From Candidatus Bathyarchaeota archaeon (GTDB lineage: Archaea > Thermoproteota > Bathyarchaeia > 40CM-2-53-6 > RBG-13-38-9): 64,000 nucleotides of DNA. The first letter of the stretch is position 1. Each line of letters opens with the position of its first letter. This document shows positions 11,330-21,783 of the stretch, in pieces. Position numbers and translations under genes: made by a program. Below the pieces are notes generated by a model. The model ran no database searches and was not told where the DNA came from. It worked only from the letters and a program-made list of their open reading frames with translations. The stretch covers positions 480,001 to 544,000 of the forward strand of contig CAWECG010000004.1 in the NCBI GenBank assembly GCA_963807605.1, in the 5' to 3' direction.

Positions 11330-13187
11330 CTAGCTATCGATTGCGCGTTTCATTCTACGTCGCTTAACAAGGATAGTCCCTATTGTCACCAAACAAACTA
11401 TTGCCACAACTTCGACAACAGTGACCTGTGAGCTTGGAGGATTCGATTGCGCCTGCCCTGTCTTTTCTGTCTCCGGACTTGTCAACGGAAGTCTCTTAAA
11501 GTAGCCTGGGTTAGACTTCAGCCTCCAGAATTCTCCGGGTTTCTGTTCGGTTAGCATAAACGGCCCTGTCCCAACCATCTTCGTGAGTTCAGGTTTGAGT
11601 GGATTGGGTTCCCTGTCAGGCTGGAAGGTCCGCCAATCAGATACGTTCTTCCAGATGTGCTCAGGTAAAATTAGGATCCCGCCTGCATCTATCAGATTAA
11701 AGATGCTGGTTCCATTCATTATAATCTCAACAGTGTAAGGCGTCGGGTTGGAGACCTCTATGATTCTCTCTACTGTAGAAAGGAAGCTGGGGATCTTATT
11801 CTTCTTAACATATTCTATGGAAAATCTTACGTCACTAGATGTGAACGGCTCACCGTCCTGCCACGTGGCATTATGTACTAGGTTGAAGGTTATCCTCTGG
11901 CTTTTCTTGCCACTAGTGTCTACTGATGTGATATTCCAGTTCTCAGCGAGATAGGGTACCGGGTCGCCGGTCCCCGGGTCTGATGCAAGCAAGGAGTCAT
12001 AGATGAGAGTGATTATCTTTTGTTCATAGGCGCCAGTTCCGTAAAGTGGATTTAGCGTCCTCACCCTTCCCCCAAGGTCGACTTTGATTGATCCTCCGCG
12101 TTCTACGCCTGATTTGTGGAGATTTAGATAGGTCCAGAACGACCCAGAGGTGAAGTACCCAATTCCCGTCTGCTGGATCATGCCTTCCCACCCCTTTCTG
12201 TAGGCTTCAATCTCGTATCGTGAGTAGACGGGAACTCTAGCTGCCAAGTCAGCAATGATCGCCTGCGCTTGCCAGATCGCCGAGTTAGCCGCATCCTCTG
12301 TCGCAGACTCGAACCTGAATTTGTATAGGAGGTTATCAAGCTCAGGGTCTCTCACTCCAGGCGTATTATCACCGTCTGGAACATCCAGGCTAGAATCATA
12401 ATAGTCGTAGAGCCACCTCGGGAATCTCCCCAGGTTGGATACGCAGAGAAAGTACATATCAAAATTTCTCTCGGTCATAACCCTCGTTTGTAGCGCGTCG
12501 AAGGCGACACCCTCCTGATATACGTCGAAACCGATTTTCTGCATTTCTTCAACGATTAACCTTGCTATCTCGTAAGAGGTAGGTGCCTCTTCCTGAGTTG
12601 GGGAGAGGAAACTGATCCTGCCCAAAGGCTGTCCGTCGGGGCTCAATAGTTTTCCATCTTTAGACCAGCTGTACCCTGCGGCGGAGAGAATCTCTTTCGA
12701 CTTCGACGGATCATAAGGGTAGATGTCAACATTCGGATTGTGCCATTTGCCAAACGCTGGCGAGGTCTCATACAACATCGGAGTCACAATTATTCCTTCG
12801 AAAAGGTTGTCAGAGATTTCCTCCCTTGGCACCAAACAGGCTATGGCTTTCCTCAGTTGCTTATCACTCAACGGTGCCTTCCTTGTGTTGAAACCGACAT
12901 AACAATAGTGGGTCTGAGAAGTGCAAGTTATGTTTATGTTAGGATCTGCTGAGATATTCCGCGACGTCAGACGGCCGGGCAATGTCTGACAGAACATCGG
13001 TGTCCCCTTTTCGGATAGCTGCGACAGACGCCTCAGGAGTACCCTGATAGACAAACACAATCTCATCCAGTCTAGGACCATTGATCGGATAACTTAACGG
13101 TGCCTCACCCTTAGAAGGTACAACAGCCACGTAGAGGCTTTGAGTTAACAGTAGAATCAGAAAACAACCCGGAAGAAACTTAGACAA
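11330..13187 (-). pseudogene. oppA: Peptide ABC substrate-binding protein (family 5), frameshifted at ~12960
   Basis: Signal peptide from TTG 13187 (RBS GAGGAGGG). DIARPSDVA joins NISADPN if one G is removed. C-terminal TM anchor. May be a sequencing indel. Confidence 0.85.
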
Positions 13188-13261
13188 CCGTGTTCCCTCC
13201 TCATTTTGATCAATTATTGAAAACGGTTTCTTATCACTATCTATGCCTATATGCGCTTTAC

Positions 13262-14629
13262 ATTGAACTAGCAAGAAAACCCACCCTTCAGGAGTGGGAT
13301 GAATTGCGACCAGAGTGAGACGTTTGGGGCTTAAATGTCTGGTGTTTCAATAATAATGCTGGTAGTTTCATGCGGAGAACTAACACCTTCATCCTTGATT
13401 CAACGGTGGAGCAAGAGAGGATACTGAGGGATAGAGCTACCAACTGTGCTAAATTTTGGAATGAGGCAACCTACCGCAAAAAACAGGCATACATGAACTA
13501 TCAACCGATAGACTGGGAGTGCAAAGACCTCTATCAAAAGTACACACCACTAATCGATTCAGCGACAACACAACAAATACTCCGGAAGAGCAATGAGTCT
13601 TGGAGGAGCTTCTTTGCCCTCAAGAAGATGGAGCAAGAAGGTAAACTACCTCCAAACATTGAGAAAGTATGTATGCCTGGATACTGGAAGCGAGATGGAA
13701 AATACAGGCTAATGATGGTTCTGAGAAAAGACTGCTACAGTGTAAAGGATGAAGTAATGAGACTGCCAAAGAAGTTGAAGATACCCATCCGAGGCAAGCC
13801 GAGATGGAGTGGGAAGCAGGGAAAGGCCGAGGTCATCTATGATGAGGTTGATGGGAAGTGGCGTGTCTTTCAGGCAGTTAAGGTTAGGCCATTATTCAAG
13901 CCGAAAGGCTCCAAGACATGCTACATCGACATCGGTATCATTAACCTGTTCACCATTTGGCTTGAAGGATGGAGGCAACCAATAGCATTCAGCGGGAGAA
14001 ACCTCCTAGCAGTTTGGTGGTACTGGGTCGATAGAATAGCAGAATGCCAGAGCAGACTTGAAACAGTAAACGGCAAGAAGAGTTCAAAGCACCTCAGTAG
14101 ACTGTACAGGGTGAGGCAGCGGAGATTCCGACAGGCCATCAACACCATGATAAGAGTCATGGTAAGAGACCTCTACGATCTCGGTGTTTCAAAGATTGTG
14201 ATAGGAGACCTAACAGGCATCAGAGACGGCAACGATAAAGGAAAGAAGAGCAACTCGATGATCCACAACTTCTGGAGCTTCAAATACACTGTTCAAAGGC
14301 TAAGGTGTACAGCACAGGAATATGGCATCCGAATCAAAGAGGTTAGTGAATACAAGACCTCAAGTAGATGCATAAGATGCAGCTCAGAGAACATTGAGAG
14401 AAAAGGCAGACTCTTCAAGTGTCTAGAATGTGGATTGGAAGCTCATAGAGATGCTATTGGCGTCTTGAACATGGCGAACCTCTACGGAGGAACAGCTATC
14501 AGGGTGATGACACACCCTAACCTTCTAAAGTGGGATGGAATGAGGTGGCAGCCTAGAAGGGCAGTGACCCACCAACCAATGAACATGATAGAAGCTAGAA
14601 TCCCCTGTCTTTAGGCAGGGGAGTGTCAA
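13262..14629 (+). mobile_element. TnpB-only IS200/IS605 element, family D copy 1
   Basis: Starts after TTAC (13258-13261). Ends GAAT-hairpin-AGTGTCAA. Homologous to 45103-46487 and 63301-64000. Confidence 0.93.
13370..14614 (+). CDS. tnpB: TnpB (family D, rearranged RuvC-II)
   Basis: YIDIG, IVIGDL, VSEYKTSS, CIRC/CLEC, HRDAIG. Confidence 0.94.
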   Translation: MRRTNTFILDSTVEQERILRDRATNCAKFWNEATYRKKQAYMNYQPIDWECKDLYQKYTPLIDSATTQQILRKSNESWRSFFALKKMEQEGKLPPNIEKVCMPGYWKRDGKYRLMMVLRKDCYSVKDEVMRLPKKLKIPIRGKPRWSGKQGKAEVIYDEVDGKWRVFQAVKVRPLFKPKGSKTCYIDIGIINLFTIWLEGWRQPIAFSGRNLLAVWWYWVDRIAECQSRLETVNGKKSSKHLSRLYRVRQRRFRQAINTMIRVMVRDLYDLGVSKIVIGDLTGIRDGNDKGKKSNSMIHNFWSFKYTVQRLRCTAQEYGIRIKEVSEYKTSSRCIRCSSENIERKGRLFKCLECGLEAHRDAIGVLNMANLYGGTAIRVMTHPNLLKWDGMRWQPRRAVTHQPMNMIEARIPCL

Positions 14630-14656
14630 AAGATCAAGATACAGAAGAAGACTAGG

Positions 14657-15631
14657 TTGTCTCGGAAGCCTCATTTAGACAAATTCCTCCTTGAAGTTGA
14701 CTCATTAAGAGTTAACTACTCCACAGAACGAACGATCGTGAAGGCAGTTGATGAAGTAACTTTCGGGGTTCCTAGCGGTGAGGCCTTTGGTTTAGCTGGC
14801 GAATCGGGTTCAGGAAAATCAACAATTGCCCAGACCGTACTCAAGCTCTTGCCGACAAACGCGAAGATCGAGGCGGGAAGGATCATCTTCGATGGGGCAG
14901 AAATCCTGAAGATGAACGATGAAGAATTTAGGACCAAATATAGGTGGAAACGCATCTCAACGGTGCCGCAGGCAGCTATGAACGCCCTAACACCGGTTCA
15001 CAGGATCAATAGACAGATAGCTGAGGCTATTACCACGCATGAGCACGTGAACACCGTCGAGGCGCTTTCAAGAGCCAGCGAACTTCTAGAAATGGTAGGG
15101 ATACGAAAGGAAAGGGGTTCAGACTACCCACACCAATTCAGTGGCGGCATGAAACAGAGGGCTGTGATTGCTATGGCCTTGGCCTGCAACCCAAGCCTTC
15201 TTGTCGCGGACGAACCCACCACAGGACTCGACGTCATAACTCAGGCAGAAATTCTTCAGCTCCTGGAAGACCTGAAGTCAAGGCTGGGGCTATCACTCAT
15301 CTTCATAACCCATGACCTGTCGATCCTCCCAAACCTCTGCGATAAGATAGGGATAATGTACATGGGAAAGATGGTTGAACAAGGAGATTCAAATTCATTA
15401 TTCATCAATCCAACCCACCCGTATACAAGAGCGCTCCTAGCTTCCTTCCCCGATATTGAGAATAGCAAAGAGAGGCTGAGAACGATGCCAGACCCCCTTC
15501 CTCCGGTAAGAGAGGCACAAACTGGATGTCGATTCTCCCCAAGATGTGAATTCAGATTTGACCAATGTCAAAAGGAGCCGCAGCCACGTGAGATTGCGGA
15601 AGACCACTTCGTCTTATGCCACCTAGCCTGA
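14657..15631 (+). CDS. oppD: Peptide ABC ATP-binding protein OppD/DppD
   Basis: GESGSGKS, YPHQFSGGMKQR, ADEPTT, C-terminal GCRFSPRC. Confidence 0.95.
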   Translation: MSRKPHLDKFLLEVDSLRVNYSTERTIVKAVDEVTFGVPSGEAFGLAGESGSGKSTIAQTVLKLLPTNAKIEAGRIIFDGAEILKMNDEEFRTKYRWKRISTVPQAAMNALTPVHRINRQIAEAITTHEHVNTVEALSRASELLEMVGIRKERGSDYPHQFSGGMKQRAVIAMALACNPSLLVADEPTTGLDVITQAEILQLLEDLKSRLGLSLIFITHDLSILPNLCDKIGIMYMGKMVEQGDSNSLFINPTHPYTRALLASFPDIENSKERLRTMPDPLPPVREAQTGCRFSPRCEFRFDQCQKEPQPREIAEDHFVLCHLA

Positions 15632-15644
15632 AGGCTCTGAATCT

Positions 15645-16466
15645 ATGTCGACAGTTATGATCAAAGTCCTGAACCTCAGGAAGTCTTTCCGGAAAACGGG
15701 AACCCTACTCGAGACAATGAGGGGCAAGACTGAGTATGTCAAGGCTGTCGACGATGTCACGTTTGAGATTCCTAGAGGAGAGATTCTAGGACTGGTAGGT
15801 GAGAGCGGGAGTGGTAAGACCACTCTGGGCAGAACAATACTTAGACTTGAGGAACCTGACAGTGGACACGTCTACCTCGATGGATTGGACTTTACGTCGG
15901 TAAAAGACTGGCATACGATGAAAGATTTTAGACGAAGAATGCAGATGGTCTTTCAGGATCCCTTTGAATCAATCAACCCGAGAATGAAGGTCAAAGATGT
16001 GGTAGAAGAGCCTCTGCATGTTCACGGCATTGGAACAGCAGAGAAAGAGAGAGTTCGACTCATCACCGAGACCTTAAGAGATGTCAAGATTACTCCACCT
16101 GAAGATTTTCTCGACAGATATCCTCACGAGCTAAGTGGCGGCCAGAGGCAGAGGGTCGCCTTGGCAAGGACCTTGGTACTCAAGCCCAGCTTTATCGTAG
16201 CCGATGAACCAGTCTCAATGCTTGATGTATCGGTGAGGACAGACTTGCTCAACCTGATGCTTGATCTCAAGAAGAGGTACAACCTAACTTATCTATTCAT
16301 AACGCATGATCTCGCCGTTGCGAAGTATATCTGCGATAGGATCGCAGTCATGCAGTTCGGGAAGATTGTTGAATCGGGTCCCGCACTTGATGTAATACAC
16401 AACCCGCAACATCCATATACAAAAGCGCTCAGAGCTGCCGTACCCGTCATAAAACACTATTCGTAG
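15645..16466 (+). CDS. oppF: Peptide ABC ATP-binding protein OppF/DppF
   Basis: GESGSGKT, YPHELSGGQRQR, ADEPVSMLD. Confidence 0.95.
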   Translation: MSTVMIKVLNLRKSFRKTGTLLETMRGKTEYVKAVDDVTFEIPRGEILGLVGESGSGKTTLGRTILRLEEPDSGHVYLDGLDFTSVKDWHTMKDFRRRMQMVFQDPFESINPRMKVKDVVEEPLHVHGIGTAEKERVRLITETLRDVKITPPEDFLDRYPHELSGGQRQRVALARTLVLKPSFIVADEPVSMLDVSVRTDLLNLMLDLKKRYNLTYLFITHDLAVAKYICDRIAVMQFGKIVESGPALDVIHNPQHPYTKALRAAVPVIKHYS

Positions 16467-16570
16467 ACGAGCAGTAGCTGATTTAATCTAGGCTGAGCAA
16501 TTTCTAGGCGTATTGAGAAAGTGTTCCATGGGGTCAAGGCAAATCAAGGCTTATTAGATCATGCTCGTTT

Positions 16571-18043
16571 ATGACGGAGAGCATGGCTTCGCGGACGACT
16601 TCCACAAACGCAAATGAGGCGAAGATTGCAGTCAGGAAGCTCTTTGAGCCGGAAAGCGTTGCAGTTGTAGGAGCATCAGACGACCCAGCGAAATTCGGGT
16701 ACCTCCTGATGAGTAACCTCATCGACCTGGGTTATAGTGGAAGGATCTATCCGGTGAATAGGAATAGAGAGTCCGTTCTTGGAATGAAATGCTACCCTTC
16801 AGTCAGCGTAATCTCGCATAGTATTGACACTGTGATAATCATAGTTCCAGCCCAATATGTACCGCAAATAATTAAGGAGTGCGCGGAGAAAAACGTGAAG
16901 GGCGCAATAGTCTGTACATCAGGTTTCAAAGAGGCAGGCGAGAGAGGAGCAGAACTTGAAAGGAAGATGCTCGAAATTGCCAAGGCAGGCAGGGTCAGAA
17001 TTGTAGGACCCAACACGACAGGCTTGCTAAATGTATACAGTGGATTCACATCAGCATTCGTCAAGATATCAAGACCCAGAAGAGGCAACGTATCGATAAT
17101 CTCACAGACGGGCATGTTCGCCTCAGTTCTCTTGGAGCACATTCTTTCAACACAACCTTATGGTCTAAGCAAGGTCGCAGGTCTGGGTAACAAGGCGGAC
17201 CTCGACGACGCTGACATTCTTGAGTATTATGATGACGACCCAAATACGAAAGTCATCGCCATCTACGCTGAAGGGATAAAAAATGGGAGAAGATTTCTTG
17301 AGGTAGCTAGAAGGGTCGCCAAAAGGAAGCCGATACTTATACTGAAATCTGCGCGATCTCAATCAGGCGGAAAGGCAGCGCTTACTCATACAGGCTCGCT
17401 AATGGTGAGAGACGAGATCTTCGAGGCAGTTTGCAAGAGCGCAGGTCTCATGCGGGTGGAGGACATTGAGGAATTACTTGACCTCATTAAAGCATTCGCG
17501 CTACTTCCCCAACCCAAAGGTGACGGAGTGGGGGTGATAGCCTACACAGGCGCTGGCTGCGTGATGAGTGCTGATGCAGTTGAGAAGTACGGTCTTCGCT
17601 TAGCTAAACTCTCAGCGGAGAGTATGGAGAAACTGACACGTTACACGCCTGAGTTCGGCATAGTATCCAACCCGCTCGACGCAGAACTTGTCCGCCAAGG
17701 CATCGGGAGTACTGAAGGCTCACTTACTCTCGCTCTGGAAACCTATCTGACAGATCCAAACGTGGACATGTTATCACTGGTAATGGTCGGCCTCACGAAA
17801 GAGAGCAAGATATGGGATGTAGACGTCAGGAAGGTCTTCTCGAGCATCAAGGAGAAATTCCCAGATAAGCCAATCGTGGTGACAAATCTTGCTTCGAGAG
17901 AGATTATTGAGGAATACCGTGAGACACTCGAGGAACTTGGGATCCCCACATTTCCCTCCCTTCTCAGGAATATTCGTGCTCTAAACGCGCTTAGGAGGTA
18001 TTACGGGAGAGCCTCTCCTTCGCAAGAAGAACTCTCGAGTTAG
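16571..18043 (+). CDS. Acyl-CoA synthetase (NDP-forming) alpha-subunit family
   Basis: SVAVVGAS, YPVN, GPNTTG, GNKAD, phospho-His motif THTGSL. Confidence 0.92.
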   Translation: MTESMASRTTSTNANEAKIAVRKLFEPESVAVVGASDDPAKFGYLLMSNLIDLGYSGRIYPVNRNRESVLGMKCYPSVSVISHSIDTVIIIVPAQYVPQIIKECAEKNVKGAIVCTSGFKEAGERGAELERKMLEIAKAGRVRIVGPNTTGLLNVYSGFTSAFVKISRPRRGNVSIISQTGMFASVLLEHILSTQPYGLSKVAGLGNKADLDDADILEYYDDDPNTKVIAIYAEGIKNGRRFLEVARRVAKRKPILILKSARSQSGGKAALTHTGSLMVRDEIFEAVCKSAGLMRVEDIEELLDLIKAFALLPQPKGDGVGVIAYTGAGCVMSADAVEKYGLRLAKLSAESMEKLTRYTPEFGIVSNPLDAELVRQGIGSTEGSLTLALETYLTDPNVDMLSLVMVGLTKESKIWDVDVRKVFSSIKEKFPDKPIVVTNLASREIIEEYRETLEELGIPTFPSLLRNIRALNALRRYYGRASPSQEELSS

Positions 18044-18056
18044 GGAAGGTGGAAAC

Positions 18057-19229
18057 TTGTCCAAACCTCTTGAGGGAGTTGGCATTCTTGATCTATCGCG
18101 CCTGAACCCCGGTGGTTACTGCACCATGATCTTAGCAGACCTTGGGGCTGAAGTCCTCAAGATCGAGCAACCAGGCGTCGGAGACTACATGAGAACCACT
18201 CCGCCTCTGATCGGTAGCCAAAGTGCAATGTTCCTTACATTAAACCGGAACAAGAAAAGCCTCACCCTGAACCTCAAGTCTGAGAAGGGCAGAGCGATCC
18301 TCTACAAACTGCTGAACAAATATGACATCGTGGTGGAGAGTTTCAGACCTGGGGTGATGAAGAAACTTGCGGTTGATTATGAGACCCTGAAGAAGATCAA
18401 TCCGAGAGTGATCTACTGCCCAATAACGGGATTCGGCCAAGACGGGCCCTATAGAGATCTAGTTGGACACGACATAAACTACCTCGCACTTGCTGGAGTC
18501 CTGAGTCTGACGGGTGAAGAGGACGGCCCACCAATAGTCCCAGGAATACCTATCGCAGACATAGCGGGCAGCATGTTCGCAACGATAGGCATACTCGCGG
18601 CCCTAAGTTCAAGAGAAAAGACCGGGCGCGGCCAGCTTGTTGACATCTCGATGTTTGATGGAATGGTCTCATGGTTGACTATACAAGCGGCAAGATATAT
18701 TGGCGAAGGCAAGCCCCCTGAGAGGGGGACCTTTCCAGCAGGCGGAGAACTGTTCTATGACGTGTACGAGACGAAGGACGACAGATACATCGCGGTGGGG
18801 GCGGTTGAAGAAAAATTCTGGCAGAACCTCTGTCAAGCCATCGGTACAACAGAGCTAATGCAGTACAGACCTTTCAAGGATCGGAAGACAAAGGAGGCTC
18901 ACGAGAGGCTATCACGCGTATTCAAGACCAAAACGAGGGATGAGTGGTTCAGCCTTCTGGGGAATAAAGAAGTATGCGTCACACCTGTTAAAACCCTTGA
19001 TGAGGTCTTCTCGGATCCCCACGTGCAATACCGGAAACTTGTCTTCGACTTGAATTGCCCCGGGTCCGGATTGGTCAAACAGCTTGCCCTTCCAATAAAG
19101 TTTAGCGAAACACAGCCAGTTCTGAAGAGCCCACCTCCCACACTGGGTGAACACACGGAGTTAATCCTGGATGAACTAGGCTACACGCACACTCAAATTG
19201 AACAACTAAGAAAGGAAGGCGTAATCTGA
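18057..19229 (+). CDS. Family III CoA-transferase (CaiB/BaiF, AMACR-like)
   Basis: LADLGAEVLKIE, NRNKKS, GHDINY, ADIAG. Confidence 0.94.
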   Translation: MSKPLEGVGILDLSRLNPGGYCTMILADLGAEVLKIEQPGVGDYMRTTPPLIGSQSAMFLTLNRNKKSLTLNLKSEKGRAILYKLLNKYDIVVESFRPGVMKKLAVDYETLKKINPRVIYCPITGFGQDGPYRDLVGHDINYLALAGVLSLTGEEDGPPIVPGIPIADIAGSMFATIGILAALSSREKTGRGQLVDISMFDGMVSWLTIQAARYIGEGKPPERGTFPAGGELFYDVYETKDDRYIAVGAVEEKFWQNLCQAIGTTELMQYRPFKDRKTKEAHERLSRVFKTKTRDEWFSLLGNKEVCVTPVKTLDEVFSDPHVQYRKLVFDLNCPGSGLVKQLALPIKFSETQPVLKSPPPTLGEHTELILDELGYTHTQIEQLRKEGVI

Positions 19230-19778
19230 CTAAGCTGTGACGATGCTCATATGGTTGTGAAGAAGGTTTCTAAGCAGATTCCAATCGAGGTCGGTCTCAA
19301 GGCATCCATCTCTTAACAGGGGTAATCCCTGACCTACTATTCCAAACTTCTCACAAACGAAGCTCCCCATTACAAGCTCCTTTAAACAGCCCGCAACGAG
19401 ACAGACTCTAGGCTTCAGCCTGATGAGAGCTTTTGGAACTATGCTCCCACCAGAGATTATCATGGCTTTTTTGTACCCTAAGGCTTCAGCCTCTCCGATG
19501 AGCAAACCGAGTTTGCACCTTCCACAATTGACACACTGATAACCATACTCACTTGACTTTGCAGGACAGTCTCTTGACCTAAGACACTGGGGCAGAAGCA
19601 ATATCCTCTCTGAATAGAGAGTCTTGGTGAATCTGTCTCGCCCCGCGTTATTCTTCGCCTCTACGTAGAGCTGTAAAACCCTTTCCTCGTCTACCCCCAT
19701 CCTTGTTGCAATTCTCTCAAATCTGCTGAGAGCTATCTCACTAAGCCTCAACTTTGCGAGCTTCTCAATAGCACGCAT
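19230..19778 (-). CDS. DUF116-family Cys-rich protein
   Basis: LLLPQCLR..C..CVNCGRC, GGS, ACLKEL, GCLET. Confidence 0.85.
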   Translation of the reverse strand: MRAIEKLAKLRLSEIALSRFERIATRMGVDEERVLQLYVEAKNNAGRDRFTKTLYSERILLLPQCLRSRDCPAKSSEYGYQCVNCGRCKLGLLIGEAEALGYKKAMIISGGSIVPKALIRLKPRVCLVAGCLKELVMGSFVCEKFGIVGQGLPLLRDGCLETDLDWNLLRNLLHNHMSIVTA

Positions 19779-20010
19779 CAGAGTGCTTTCTCGATTCAGT
19801 AATCATCATCCTCTTGCTCATTCTTCGCTACTGCTGATTCATCCATCTTGTCCGGACTGAAAATGGACATCTACGCTGAGATAGAGGTGCGATCCTAATA
19901 GGCTTTGAGAGAAACGTCCTTTCTCCAACCCTATGACAACTGTTATAGCACGCACTGCGCTAGATCGGAGAGCTAGAGACTCGAACTCGAAGCAAAGGAT
20001 CCTCTCTGGT

Positions 20011-20262
20011 TCAACATCCTCCGTACCACTCCTTACTCTTCTCCGATTTGCCGAACCTAGAAACAAGTACTATACTTATCAAACCTCCAATGTATAGTGG
20101 AGCGACAACCAGAGCGAAGTAAAAGCTTCCTTGAAGAAGTACAACAACCAAGAGAATAGAAACGCACCAAACGGCTACGTTACCAAACACTACTGCTCCG
20201 TGACATCCTCCCACGGCTAAAGCCGTGGGTTTTCTTGCGCATTTTCTATAACTCAATTTCAA
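20011..20262 (-). CDS. Small two-TM membrane protein carrying a 16-aa IS-derived in-frame insert
   Basis: Two hydrophobic helices. Residues 6-21 (RKCARKPTALAVGGCH) are the translated 48-bp mini-element. Confidence 0.65.
   Translation of the reverse strand: MKLSYRKCARKPTALAVGGCHGAVVFGNVAVWCVSILLVVVLLQGSFYFALVVAPLYIGGLISIVLVSRFGKSEKSKEWYGGC
20200..20247 (-). mobile_element. 48-bp collapsed family-B element (left-end tip + single hairpin + right-end tip)
   Basis: TTAT|AGAAAATGCGCAAGAAAA-CCCACGGCTTTAGCCGTGGG-AGGATGTCAC. Both tips match the ends of 4350-5674. Confidence 0.95.
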
Positions 20263-20296
20263 TGTTTATCGCTAGTTCACAAATTGGGATAGATAT

Positions 20297-21641
20297 GTGA
20301 ACTTACCCACCCCTGAAGGGTGTGGGCTTCTCCCCTTGCGGATAGAGAAGTTCCTGCTTCAGCGACGAAACATGCCCACTAATAATAGTGGGCACAGGCT
20401 TCATTTCCACAGGCGTGCATTCGGATGGTTCCCACCCTATTCTTTCCAGTCCTAAACGCCTTATATTGAGTGATGCATTGAAGTCTCTATCAATCTTTAG
20501 TCCACAATGGGGACACTTGTGTATCCTCACTGCAAGAGGTTTAGGAACCTTAGCGCCACATCCGCTGCAATCCTGGCTGGTGTTCTGGGGTGGTACTTGG
20601 ATTCGTAGTTTACAGGCGGTTTCAGCCTTGTACCCTACCATCATTCCAAATCTTCCCCATGAAGCATCAGCCATATTCTTGGCATTAGGGATCTCCTGCA
20701 TCAAATCCTGAATATTCAGATCTTCCATGCAGATTACATCGTGTTTGTCAACGTAGTATCTTGAGAGTTTGTGTAAGAAGTCATTTCTGCAATTTGTTAT
20801 GTCCTCATGGATTGATGCAACCTTGACCTTCTGCTTCATCCTGTTTCTTGATTCCTTCTTCTTTCTTGATAGTCGCCTCTGCTCTCTTTGGAGTCTCTTC
20901 AGTTTTTTGTTGATGTTATGTGGATGAGGGGTCACTCTTCCATTAGAATCGTAGGCATAGTTTACTATGCCACATCTATCCCAACAGTTTTGCTATTGTC
21001 CGCTGGCTCAGTATTTATCGGATGGTCGTATTCAATGGAGGTTATTGCATACCAATTGTTGTTTGCAGAATGTTTTATGATAACCTGTTTGATCTCACCA
21101 TCAATCTCTCTATGCAGTCTGACTGGAATTTCTCCTATCTTGCTGAGGTGGAGTAATCCCATCTGTCGTATCTGCTTGGCACCATGCTTGATTAAGAATC
21201 CAGATTGGTTGTAGATGAAGGCCTTGAACCATCCACGTCCCTTGAATCTTAGCCTCCCAACCTTCCTGCCTTTCTTCTTCATCTGTGAGAGTGCCCTGAG
21301 ATTAGAGTACAGCTGGTAGAGGACGTATTGCCGTGTCTTTGAGTGTAGCTTCTCAAGCTCAGGCTTGTATTTGCATAGGGCAGGGATCATCTCTTGTAGA
21401 AGTATCCTGTCTGGCGTCTTTACACTGCACCTAACTATTCCCAAGAAGTAGTTGTAGAGCCACCGGCAAAGCTCAAGGATTGCAGACATCTCCTCCTCTT
21501 GTTCCCTTGTTGGGTAAAGCCTATAGCGCACTGAAGACTGCATTGTACTCACTATATTTTTTGTAAACTCCGCTTATAATGCTGATACCAGTTCGCTTTC
21601 ATCCCACCCCTAAAGGGTGGGGGATTTCCCGCTCACCTTTT
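20297..21641 (-). mobile_element. TnpB-only IS200/IS605 element, family C copy 1
   Basis: After TTAA (21642-21645, minus). Right end GAAG-hairpin-TAAGTTCAC. Confidence 0.93.
20303..21552 (-). pseudogene. tnpB: tnpB (family C) with 1-bp deletion in the RuvC-I motif near 20972
   Basis: GATGTGGCATAG here versus GATGTTGGCATAG in the two intact copies. Confidence 0.9.
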
Positions 21642-21783
21642 TTAATGCTTAGTGCACGATGATCGGTCCTGCAGCGGTTAAGTCTGTCTCCGCGCAGGCA
21701 AGACCAGTCATATGGCGGGAGCCAAATACCGGATGTGCGAAGAAGATATCTATTTGAACATGGGAACAGTGGTTGAGTAGACT

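Noticed and set aside
19839-20066. 75-aa ORF
   Set aside because: Overlaps the membrane-protein gene and has no recognisable motif.
21660-21710. GC-rich hairpin as tRNA or ncRNA
   Set aside because: No cloverleaf or box motifs I can support.
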